This document shows, piece after piece, positions 22,701 to 33,921 of a stretch of DNA of 64,000 nt. Each line of letters begins with the position of its first letter. Within the stretch, counting starts at the first letter, position 1. The notes beneath the pieces are model-generated. The model was not told the DNA's origin and did not search any database. It was given only the letters and a program-made list of their open reading frames with translations. The DNA is from Peribolospora baueri (taxonomy: Eukaryota): NCBI GenBank assembly GCA_029717555.1, contig JAMDHS010000006.1, positions 310,001-374,000 of the forward strand. Reading direction: 5' to 3'. A program made the position numbers and the translations under genes.

Positions 22701-24690
22701 CTGGGAAGAAAAGAGCAGGGCGGCGGCCACTCACTAATTCCTTGCATGATGGTGCATAAAGAATGCAATGACGGCAAGGCCTCCAGATCCTCAGCCTCTT
22801 GGAAGACCAGGCAGAGCTTTCGAATGTAGTCCTGAGGACGAAACAAAAAAAAATCGAGCGAAAGGTGAGCTGACGACCGTTAAAGGTAGGCAAATCCCAA
22901 CCTCCCACGCCACTGCGCCTCCAGGCTCGCACGCTCACCTGCTTCAACATCGACTGGGCGGCCCTTTGACACGCAGTGGTGTTCCCTGAAAGGGCCTTAA
23001 TGACCGCCTCTATCACCTGCAAGTTGCCGAGCTCGGGTGCGGGAAGATCAAAGGGGATCGCAGCCGCGGCCACGGCCACTGCGTTCGTGGCGGCGTTGGC
23101 GGTGACACCAGAACCCGAACCGCTTTGAGCGACGCCCGCTTGGCCCGCGCCTCCCGGGCCAATGCCGGGTAGAGCTCTGCCCGTCTCGACGAGGTTGCCA
23201 GCGGCGTCGTAGAAATGGATCGGGCCCGATGAAGGCAAGGCGGACGACGAACCGGGATCGGCGTTGAGGAGCTCGAGCTCCTCTGTCGGTGCGAAAGCGA
23301 AGAAAGCAGAAAAGACGCCAGAAGAGTGGCATGGTAAGACGACTTGCTCTGGAACTCTCCCCGTCCGGTCTGCGACCAACAACGTCAGCAGATGTCCGAA
23401 CTCACCGTTGATGACAAAGTGTTTCTGTACCTCGGTCACAAACTCCCACACCTCGGCGCAACCCTCGGCCTCTTGGAAGCTGAGCGCCATGTCCACTCCG
23501 TTAGGTTCGGTCCAGACAATAAGGGTGTCTTGTTGCCGCTGATACACATCCTCCTTGGCGACCCTGCTCCTGAGCAGCAAGTCCATCTCCATATCCAGAT
23601 CCTCACCGACGACCACGACATATGTCCGTTCCAGCTCCCAGTGCTGGAACTGTTGGCGTTGGCGGGCTCTGGCGGCGACGTTGGCAGGTTCTTTTCCGTC
23701 GCCGTCATCCACGTTCTTGTCCTTCTCACCCCTCCTCTCCCCCGCTGATTTCCGTCCTTCACCCTCCTGCTTGTCCATCTCGCCGCGGCCGTCCCTCGCT
23801 CCATCCACGTCCTCCCCCGCTTCGACGGGCGAGGCCTCCTGAACGAGCACCTCGACGTTGTCCTCCTTCCTCGCAACAAGCAATGCATCGTCCAAAATCT
23901 CGTCGTACACGCCGGCGCAAAAACCGGTGCCACGATCGAACCAGCTCTCGCCCCGAAGTTCGTACACCTTGACGCGCCGTGCGGTACCGCACTGGTGAAA
24001 CGGTCCCCGCGTCACCGTCGAGGCAAACGTCGGGGCTGCAGACGCGGACGGAGGGGATGGGCGCGCACGCACGTATTCTGCTTCGTCGACGCCGTTGGTG
24101 TTGTCCGCCGGTGCGGTTGACGTGCCGGAGAGGCCCAACTCATGCGGCACCGCGGTGGCAGCGCTCCGGAACTCGGACGCAGTCGGCCCGATTTCCTTCT
24201 CTTCGCCTTGATTCTCCGCCAGTGCCACACCCTCCCGCCGTTCCGTCCCATCCGGCTTGCCCACCGCATCGGCGTCGGTGGATGGCGCGGACGAATGCGC
24301 TGGCTCAGAGGTGGTTTGGGCGGCCAGTCGGCGCGAGTCACCCGAGGTCGCCGGCGCTATCCTCTCCAAGTCGGGTGCTGCCTTTTGCATGGCAACGTCG
24401 CGGTCGGAAAGGTCGTCAACGACGGCAGCGGGAGCGGAGGAGATGGCGGACGTCCGTCGCTTGGGCGGCGAGCCTTGGGGTGGTGTCGCGTCTCCGACGT
24501 CCTTGTCCTCGTTCTCGGCGTCGGAGGGGCGAGCTCGTTTGCCGATGATGGAAGAAGGCGCTTGGCGGACGTCGGAGACGGCTTGCCTGCCGGCCTCCGG
24601 TCTTGGAACGCGGTCGGGACGAGCGGGGACGGTGGGGGTATTGGTCGGAGGGGGATTGGTGAGGTCGGGCGTTCGCGCAGAGCGCTTCAT
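19769..24690 (-). CDS. PSY2: Protein phosphatase 4 regulatory subunit 3 (Psy2/SMEK), multi-exon
   Basis: EVH1-like N-domain RRVKVYEL...WFDRGTGFC and YQRQQDTLIVWTEP..DMALSFQEAEGCAEVWEF, followed by SMK-1 domain LE(Y)DPEYP, KIHQTYRLLYLKDVVLARVLDD and RDNLVCSACLELFEHIR, then a disordered tail. Confidence 0.93.
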
Positions 24691-27591
24691 GGCGATGGCG
24701 AGGAGGTAAGATGAAGCGAGGGCGAGCGACGGCGATCAAAGGACGCGACGAAGAAGAAGAGGAAGAAGAAGCGTCGTCCGACCGACGAACGAAGAGCCTG
24801 GGCGGGAAGAGAGGAGAAGGAGCCGATCGAAACCGATCAGATGGTTGCGACGGAGACGCGGCGACGGCTCGCGCGGCGAGAGTGGATGTGGGAAGGTTGG
24901 CGGCGACGAGACGGGAGCGACGCGGCGGTCGTCGTCGTCGTCGTCGTCGAAGAGACGCTTCGACGAGCAAATGAACCGGAAACGGCGGATGGGATGGCGA
25001 AGAGGCGGGTCCGTGAGATGCTTGCTGCACTAGACTCGAACCTGCCGCGCGTCTGCGTCCGGCGCGTTTTATCGCCTGGGCGCCGACCGCTCGCTCGTAC
25101 TGGACACTGAACGTGAAAAGGCAGCAAAGGAGGAAGGATGGTGGCGAAGGAGACGGAAACCTTGATGTCCTTGTTCCCCGAGGTTGCGAGGTGGGGAGGG
25201 GGATGGATGGATGGTGGAGGGAGGATGGACGAAGGGGGACGAGATGGAGCCGGCTGGGAGATGACGATCAGTCGCGTGCGCTGGCCCAAGCTGGGCTGCA
25301 CGTGACCTTAGAGCCCCTTTCAAAATGGCGTGCATCGACAGAAGGCGAGTCGCCGGGCCCAGGACGCCCTCTTCCTTTGATTTGGCAGCTCCCAATCGCT
25401 TCTCTTGCTTTCGAGCGCCCTGGCACGCTCACCGCACGGTCCTCCCTCTCAGGCGACCGAGTGGGCCTTGGAGAAGACGTCGAGTGCATCAACACCAACT
25501 CGGACTGCGTACGGTACAGGATGAGCGATGGGGAACGAGAACCTTGCATTCTATGTCGTTCGCCGGCACCCCAGCAAGCGCGGATGACATTCATTCTTCA
25601 CGTCTTTCCCTTTCCGCTATCGTAAACGAGGGTCGAGCGAGGGCAGGCAGGACAAACTCGACGCCGAGCGGTCGGTCGTTCTCGGCGGCGAACAGCTTCT
25701 CGCCGTCCACTGCTCCGGCGCCCGCTCGTCGCACCCAGGCACGTGGGAAGTCGGGAACGATGACCGTCTCTCTGTTCGACCAGGCTCTGGGCGTGCAGGG
25801 CGGTCGCTCGCCCTCGTTCGCGTGTATCTTGGCTGCCAGGCGAGTTGGAAACAGTAGATGCCGGTTAAAAAAAATCGCGACGACGTCATGCGAGCGTCGA
25901 CACGATCTCGAAGAGGATGGGACGTCGCTGGACGAGATCGGGTTGAATGATGGGGGAAACGGTTAGCATAACAATAGGCTTGGGGGCGAGATTATCGTCG
26001 TCGTGGCTAGGACCGAGGGACAGGGACAGGGACAAGGACGGCGCGTCTTGCCCTCATCACGCCGCTGAAACGGATGAGAAGCCATGGTGGGACGGAGGGG
26101 ATGATGGAGAGAGCCTTATCAGCTGAAGTGCGTGCCAGGACGCTGGCTGGGGCGGCAACGGACGGCCAATAAGGAGAGCGCGGGGCGAGGTGCGACCGAG
26201 CGTCGACGCCGTCGTGTGCCTTGCTTGCTCTGAGAGCCATCCGGGGCTCCACATATCATACGTGTTCGCACGGGAAGGGACGAGGAGGAAGGGCGCGACG
26301 TCCCCTCTGCGCTGCGCTTGGCCGCCACGCTGGTTGGCTCGGTCGGTCGGTCGGTCGGTCGGTCGAACGCTCAGCTCCCGCACGCCGTCCTTCCTCGCCA
26401 ACGGACGGCGCTCCGAAGGGACTCGCTCGGGCTCGGGCCGATGTGCGCGGACAGAAGACGTGGGGAGACGACTTGCGACTTGGCAGTGTCTATGTATCTG
26501 TTGCGAGCCGTTCTTCTTCCCGGCGGTCGGTGGCCGGCCGGCGTGAAAGCGGAGCGGGACGTTGGTTTGGCGATGGCCGATATCGGTTCGGTTGAGCGAG
26601 TGGCGTGCTGCGGCGAGCTCCACGGCGCAAGCGGATGCGGACGCGCGGTACAGTTGCTTATCTTGGTCCAATGAGCGCCGGTCTTTTGACCCCACCCAGG
26701 TGTCGTCGGACTCGGACCTCGGACGCACGGCCGCACGCGCAGGGGCAGGGAAGGAAGGAAAGGAGGACGGATGGAGATGCGATGAGATGAGATGAGATTT
26801 GAGATGCTAGGCCTCCGTTGTCGCCGCTCCGGCCTGGCCGTTCATCGTTCGCCCGCCCGGCCGAGGGGCGTGAAAGGCGGGTTTCGTTTCGACTTTTTTC
26901 GAGTTGCCTGGCTTGCGTTCGTTGCCTCGCTTGCTTTGCCTGTCTTGCTTGCTTGCCTTGCTTGGCTGCCTTGCCCGCCCCTTGGGCGTTCGTGTCTCGG
27001 CCGACGACGGGCGAAGGTGGGCCGGATGTCTGTTCCTTGCCCGCCTCGGCTCGACTCGACTCGTCTCGGTGGGCAGTGGAAGGAGGGTTGCCACCGCCGA
27101 TCCGACTTCCGACGTCCCGGTGGGCCCCGGGTCTTTGGTTGATGGGGACAAGAGGCGGTGCGTTTCAAAGAAAAATAGAACCGCCGGCCAAGAGTTGGAA
27201 AAGGAATAAGGGAGAGGAAAAAGAAAAGGCGGTCGGGGATGGATGGAAAGGCGGTTTCAGGCGGGGGTAAAGGGGGATTAGAAAAGGATTAGAAGGAGTA
27301 TAAGAAGATAAAAGCTGGGTGTCCCACGCGAGCCGACCCGATTTGCCGCCCGAAGACCGAATCAGTGACTCGCTTCGTTGCTGCTTGCCGCTTCTTGCCT
27401 GCCTACTCGCCTTGCCTTGCCCAGCCCTTGTCTTGTCTCTCCCTCGCCTCGGCCTCCTCCTCCTCATAAAACACCGCAACCCGCACCGCGTTCGCCTTTT
27501 CGGCCTTCTTCCTCTCCCACTTCCTCCCACCTCCGCCACCGCCACCATCTACCCCCGTACCTCTGCTTCTTCTCCTCCCCACTCCTTCATC

Positions 27592-29497
27592 ATGACCAAC
27601 CCATTCCTCAAGGTGAGCCTCCGATCGACCGAGCAGGCCTTCCCCGCCACACCCCTTTAGCCGCCCGATCGCTCTGCTCGTCCGACCCGTCCCCGTCTTC
27701 GCTCTCGTCCGGCGCTCTGCGTCAGGCCCTGTGGCGTTGCCGTGGCCACTCCGTGCACACCTCGTCTCACTGCCCTTCTTCGCCCCTTTGCAGAACCCGG
27801 CTCTCCTCGCTCCTTACATGGAGCTGGACACCGGCGACGTCACCCCCGCCGAGTGAGCATTTTTTTCCTGTTTTCGTCGTCTCCGTCGGCGGGCGCGGAG
27901 ATGGAAAGGAAGGGATGGGATGGAATGAAATGGGGTTGGATGGGATGAGATCGGATGCGGATGCGATGGGAAAGAAAGAGAACGGAAGGACAGGAACATG
28001 CAATTGCCCAAGGACATACGCCACTCATCCTCCCTCTCTTCCACACCCTCCCTCGCAGGTATGTCTGGATTGACGGCGATGGCGGCCTCAGGGCAAAGAC
28101 CACGGTGAGCGCCTGCTTTTTTCCCGCCGCATCTCCTCTCGCCTCCGCCGCTCACTCCTTCCTCTCGTCCTCTCGCCTCGTCGCCCCCGCCATCTAGACC
28201 ATTCCCGGCAAGGTCAAGTCCGTCGCGGACCTCAAGGAGTGGAACTTTGACGGCTCCTCTACCAGTGAGTCATCTCCGCCGCCCATGCTCGCCGCCTCGT
28301 TCAGGTGGCCAACTGAGCTTGTTGTTCGTCGCTTGCCTCCACGCAGACCAGGCTCCCGGTGACAACTCCGACATCTACCTTCGCCCCGTCGCCATGTACC
28401 CGGACCCGTTCCGCAAGGGCAACGCCCTTCTCGTCATGTGCGAGTGCTACAACAACGACGGCACGCCCAACAAGGCCAACTTCCGCTACCAGGCCAAGAA
28501 GAGCCTTGACGAGGCCGCCGCTGAGAAGCCGTGGTTCGGTATCGAGCAGGAGTACTCCATTCTCGGCACCGACGACCGGCCGTATGGCTGGCCCGTCGGC
28601 GGTTTCCCCGGCCCTCAAGGTCCGTACTACTGCGGTGTCGGCGCCGGCAAGGTCTTCGCCCGCGACCTCGTCGAGGCCCACTACCGTGCCTGCCTCTACG
28701 CCGGCATCCAGCACGCCGGCATCAACGCCGAGGTGATGCCGTCCCAGTGGGAGTTCCAGGTCGGCCCGTGCGAGGGCGTCGCGATGGGCGACCAGCTCTG
28801 GATGGCGCGGTACATCCTTCAGCGCGTTGCTGAGGAGTGGGGCGTCAAGGTGAGAGAGAGTCGTCCTGGCTCGGTTCGCCGCCCGCATACGCCTGACGCG
28901 CGATTTCGTTCCGTCTCTGCAGGTCACCTTCCACCCCAAGGCCATGCCTGGCGACTGGAACGGCGCCGGCTGCCACACCAACTACTCCACCGAGACGATG
29001 CGCAAGCCCGGTGGCATGAAGGCCATCGAGGACGCCATCGAGAAGCTCGCCAAGCGTCACAACGAGCACATTGCCGTCTACGGCGAGGACAACGAGTGGG
29101 TGTCGCTATATCTCTTCCGTCCCCTCTCTGCCCGCCCAACTGGGCCGCTCCGCTGACCTCTTCGTCTTCGCCGAATGGCATCCTCCTTTCCGACCGCTCG
29201 ACGTCAACAGGCTCAGGTTGACCGGCAAGCACGAGACGGGCCACATCGGCTCCTTCTCTTCTGGCGTCGCCAACCGTGGCGCGTCGATCCGCATCCCCCG
29301 TCACGTCGCTGCTCAAGGCTTCGGCTACCTCGAGGACAGGCGCCCGGCGTCAAACATCGACCCTTACCGTGTCATTGGTAAGTTTGGCTGGCTCGACGTG
29401 GTGCGACGGTGAGCGTGGCCCGACCGACCGCTGACGCTCGCACCTCGTCGTATCGCTCGCAGGCATCATCGCCGACACGACCATCCTCAACAAGTAA
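27592..29497 (+). CDS. GLN1: Glutamine synthetase (type II), multi-exon with several short 5' exons
   Basis: Spliced [83 protein letters not shown] and [18 protein letters not shown] at 29495-29497. Confidence 0.97.
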
Positions 29498-30851
29498 ACG
29501 TAGACCGTTCTCGCTTTCTCGCATCGTGCGACTTTGACTCTTTTTTCTCTCGTCGCGACGAAGAAGCGGCCTTTTCGATTACTGCAGCAGATGGGTGGAA
29601 CCGTTTCGTTTCATTGATTTGATTTGATTGATATACGATGTGATGTTCCCTCATATCGATTCCGATTCCGAGCATCGTCGCTTACCTCGTCCGTGCGACG
29701 ATCGGTCGGGATGTCCTTGTCTTGTCCCCTTCTGTCCTTCCCCCCTTCTTGTACTCTCACTACCCCCACCCACCCCCTCCCCTCCCCCGCCTCGTTCGGA
29801 CGGAGAATGGAGAAAAACCTTTTTGTCACGGCACGGTTGTTGGATGAAGGCAGAAGGACGCGTGGCCAGCAGGGCGACCGACTATGACGGCGTTGAGAGA
29901 GAGAGAGAACGCCAGTGGATGATTGGATGGATGTCTTTCCCTCTTTCCCTTGTCCATCCTCGCCGTCGTCTGTTGTTCGACGGACGGCCTTGTCTCGTCT
30001 CGCTCGACAACTTAGTACGCATTGTCTTGTCTTGTCTCATCTCCTTCGTTCGTCAACTCCCTCATCTCGCCCCGTCCTTATCCTACGCCCTCGCCGCCGC
30101 CCTCGCCGCCGCCCTTCTGTCTCACTCGCCCTGATAGCAGCAGCAGCGGCGGGTCTCGTGCCCGTCGGTTGCGTGATCGGGAAACTCGCACTCGCACGCT
30201 GAGCTGTCTCTGTCTTGCACGATTGGTTATCTAATAACAGGCACATCAGACGACCGACCCCGACTGACCGACCGACTTGGCTCACTCTCGACCACCATCC
30301 ATCCTCCCTTCATCCATCCCCCAGACGCTTTTTCTCACCCCCTTTCCACTCCGCTCCCCTCGGTCCTCCTCCAGGTAAACGAGCGGGCCGCGCGTGCGAC
30401 GACGTGACGTTATCGACGTCTAGGTTTATCTATCTATCCGGCTTAGCGTTGCACGTGAGCCCCTCTAATCAATCCCCCGACCCCACCACCTTGACCTCCT
30501 CCTCCTCCTCCTCCTCCTCGCCCAGTCAATCCACCACCTCCACCCCGCACCTCCTTTGTCCGTTCGCACCTTCCGTCCTTGCCATCCTGACGACACACGC
30601 CCCCCTCCTCCACCAAACCGACCTGGCCGGGGCCAGGATAGGATAGGATACGATACGATACGATACGTATAGGGCTTGCTTGGTCGAATCATCGCCGAGC
30701 GTCAAAGATACCCACCCGTCCACACCGGTTCTCGAGCCGTCTTGCGACCGCCCTTGAGCACCGTCCATCTGTAGCCCGTCTGTAGCCCGTCTGTAGGCCG
30801 CGCCGACAGGGCGAGCGAGCCATTGAACGAAACGAACGAACGACGAACGCG

Positions 30852-33236
30852 ATGTCCGGCGCAACTCTGCCCACATCCCCTAACGCCGGCCGCCGCGCCT
30901 CGAGCTCCCCCTCCACTGACCACCACGGACGACGTGACGACGTGGCCAGACAGGACACCGCCATCGCCACCGCCACCGACGACGCCGCCGCCGCCGCCGC
31001 CGCCGCCAACGACTTTGGCGTTCGCAGTTTGGATAGCAGCTTGGCCAGCGTCGGCTTTGCGCAGAGCGTCTGGACCGTACCGTCGAGCAGCGTCGATGCT
31101 TCCTCCTCTCCCTTCTCCTCCGTGGATCCGCGAACCGTTGTGCACGGTGGGGGCGGGCAGCGGGCGGACACGGACACGGACGCAGACGCAGTCGCAGTCG
31201 CAGACCCAGATAACGCAGACGCCGGCGGAGACTCGCTCCGCAGCTCCGCCTCCCTCCCCTTGTCCCGCTCTCGCTCCGCCTCGTCCGACGGTAGCCAGGC
31301 GAGCTGTCGGAGGAGCGACGTCGCGACGCCCAAGGTGGAGAGGAGCTTCGAGTTCAGGCCGGAGGGTGGACAGGAGGGAGAAGGAGAAGACGGAGACGCG
31401 GGTCGTGATATTGGAACGAGCGACGACGTCGTCGCCTTTACGCACCCCACTGAGCTCGCGGTGCAAAACGCAGAGGCTGTGCCGCCGTCTGACCACGCTC
31501 CGGTCGCCGTCCACGACGTTGGCGACCACGGCGATCCAGGCCTCTCGCCTCCCCATTCACCCCTCTCGTCTTCCTCTTTGCCCCTCGCACCTTCCGAAGC
31601 CGACGACCCGCTGTCTCGCTCCATCGACCTTTCCGATTTTGCCTCCGGCAACGGCAGCAGCAGGGCCGAGAGCCTGACGGGCGTAGAGGAGATAGAGACG
31701 CCGGACTGGGGTAGCGACGCCGGCGACGACGCCAAGTCGCCCGAGAGCGCGGACGAGTCGACATCAGAAGGAAAGGCCAAGGTACACGCCAACGCCGACG
31801 ACGACAACGCGCCCGCGGACCTTATTATGCCCAGCTTGGAGCTGCCTTCTTCGCACCTCGTCGACTCCGCTCCCACGAGCCTGCCTTTGCCGTCGTCTAG
31901 CAACGATCCACGCCATGTCTCCTCCTCCTCCTCCTCCTCTTCCTCCTCTGCACCCTGTTCTGGCTCCGCCGGCAACGACAATTCCGGCCTGAGCGCCCTC
32001 CATCCCCAGCACAAAGCCGACTTCAGACCTTCCGGCGCCTTTGCCTCTTCCTTCCGCCACGGCCGGCCTAGCTCCAGTTCCAGCTCGTCATTGGCGTTTG
32101 CCCACGCACACGATACCTCGGACAGGTTGAGCGGACATGTTGGCCTCGCGCACGTCCATGCCGCCGGCTTGCACACGTGGGCCAGAGGGCAGTTCGTTTC
32201 CTCTGGCGAGACGGCGGGAGGGCCACGTCGCCTCGGATTGGCATCTGCACCCTCGTTCTTGATTGAGAAGGGCCGGGGCTCTTCACGCGCCTCTTCGCCG
32301 CCCTCGTCCATCGCTTCGTCCGGTTACGCGCCCGACATGCTCGCAGAGTCCCACGACGCTCTCTACCCTTTCACCGACCCGAGCACAAACACGCCGCCGC
32401 CCATGCTTCCCACCCCGCTCCTCGGACCCACTTTCGCCGTCCACGGGTTCAGCCGACCGTCCACGTCGTCGCTCTCCGCGTCGTCGTCGTCATCGTTTGC
32501 GATGCCGGGCACGGGCGCAGCACGCCCGGGAGAGATCCAGATCGGCTCCTACGCGTCCGCCTCTCTCGCCGTTGACCCGCTCTACCTCCCCGCCTTGGCG
32601 CAGCTCGGGCTGGCCCTCGTCCCTGCGATACTCGCGAGGAGGGTGTGGTCGAAGGGGAGGGATGAGACGATGGTTGAGACGGATGAGGGTGGAGGCAAGG
32701 AGGAGCGCCTCGGTGGAGAGAAGGAGGAGGAAGTCGGTAGCCCGGCCTCCTCGTCCACTCGACTCCAACACCTCCACGACGTCTTGGCCACCCTGTCTGC
32801 GCCTTTCGCCTCCTTGCCCCTGCCGCGTCTGGGCAAGTCCGACGCTGTCGACCGGGGCGGTAAAGCTCCAACCGACCCCACGGCGGGCGGTAACCCCATG
32901 TCTGCACCCCCGGTCCCTGCTTCCGCAGCCCAGGACAGTTGTAGCTCGCTCGAAAAGTCGGCCGAAAGACCCAAGGCGGAGTCCACGTCTGCGTCTGCGC
33001 CCAAGTTGCGCTCGAGCTCGAGGGCCGATCGTCGCTACCGGTCTCCGACGACGCTCCGCTGGGTTCAGGTTGGCTTGGCCTGCGCGGCCTTTTTCCTCGT
33101 CGGTGTCGCCGTCGGCAGCGGCGGCGGCGGCGGCGGTGGCGCCTTGGGTGGCTTTGGCGCGGGCGTGGCCGTAGGCGCTGGAGTTGGCTTGGGAGTCGGT
33201 GCTGGCGTCGGGTTTGCGTTCGCTTCCGGGTCGTAA
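30852..33236 (+). CDS. Hypothetical Ser/Asp-rich disordered protein with a C-terminal hydrophobic anchor
   Basis: Uninterrupted 794-codon ORF. A basic stretch (RADRRYR..LR) precedes the hydrophobic WVQVGLACAAFFLVGVAVG segment and a Gly/Val tail. Short motif-like islands FGVRSL, LIMPSL and DPLYLP sit within the low-complexity sequence. Confidence 0.7.
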   Translation: MSGATLPTSPNAGRRASSSPSTDHHGRRDDVARQDTAIATATDDAAAAAAAANDFGVRSLDSSLASVGFAQSVWTVPSSSVDASSSPFSSVDPRTVVHGGGGQRADTDTDADAVAVADPDNADAGGDSLRSSASLPLSRSRSASSDGSQASCRRSDVATPKVERSFEFRPEGGQEGEGEDGDAGRDIGTSDDVVAFTHPTELAVQNAEAVPPSDHAPVAVHDVGDHGDPGLSPPHSPLSSSSLPLAPSEADDPLSRSIDLSDFASGNGSSRAESLTGVEEIETPDWGSDAGDDAKSPESADESTSEGKAKVHANADDDNAPADLIMPSLELPSSHLVDSAPTSLPLPSSSNDPRHVSSSSSSSSSSAPCSGSAGNDNSGLSALHPQHKADFRPSGAFASSFRHGRPSSSSSSSLAFAHAHDTSDRLSGHVGLAHVHAAGLHTWARGQFVSSGETAGGPRRLGLASAPSFLIEKGRGSSRASSPPSSIASSGYAPDMLAESHDALYPFTDPSTNTPPPMLPTPLLGPTFAVHGFSRPSTSSLSASSSSSFAMPGTGAARPGEIQIGSYASASLAVDPLYLPALAQLGLALVPAILARRVWSKGRDETMVETDEGGGKEERLGGEKEEEVGSPASSSTRLQHLHDVLATLSAPFASLPLPRLGKSDAVDRGGKAPTDPTAGGNPMSAPPVPASAAQDSCSSLEKSAERPKAESTSASAPKLRSSSRADRRYRSPTTLRWVQVGLACAAFFLVGVAVGSGGGGGGGALGGFGAGVAVGAGVGLGVGAGVGFAFASGS

Positions 33237-33921
33237 GGGCGAGTTGACGAATGAGCGGGGATCATAAGCGGGCGAGGATATGGCCCTAGCTCTAGCCTTC
33301 TTTCTGTTATTTCTTCACGTCTCCCTCACCTTCGGTTTGCCATCTGGCTCTGTACGCTCTCGCTCGGTTCTCATCTTTGCTGTTCGTCACCATCCCCGTC
33401 CGCTTACGTTGTATTACCTCGCCTCGGCCTTCGTCTGTCCGGTGTCCTTGTCCATCCAGCCCCTTGTCGAGTTACGTCCATTCCCTCCGCCCGCCTCTCT
33501 TGCCTCTTTCTTGTCTTCCCGCGTCCTCGGCGGCGCTGTTTCACCCGCCCGCGCTTGACGCCGTTCTGTATTCCGTTTGCTTTGTTCCAGGTTTCCGACG
33601 TGTGTGTGTTTTCTTTGTTTTCTTTCGCGGCTGACCGCGATCATCTGTACTCAATCAAACACGCCTGCGCTCAACGGAGTGAAGAGCAAGAAAGGGTCGA
33701 TAGGGACGTCGGTCGTGCTGCGGGCCGAGGCTGACGTGTGTTTTTTCCTCCGCTTGCCGAGGCCGCGTGGCGGAACGAGCTATGGCCGAGACGGCGAGAC
33801 AGATAAGGGCGTGTGTGGATAGAGTATAAGTACGACGACGTCGACCACAATCATCCTCGCCGTGGACGCCGTCGACGCTGCTCCTGGCACACACATCGCC
33901 CGGGCGACAGCGACGACGACG

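Noticed and set aside
30689..32311. 540-aa antisense ORF overlapping the 794-aa ORF; likewise 8087-9016, 1755-2780 and 28301-28981
   Set aside because: These are shadow ORFs expected opposite GC-rich coding sequence, with no recognisable motifs.
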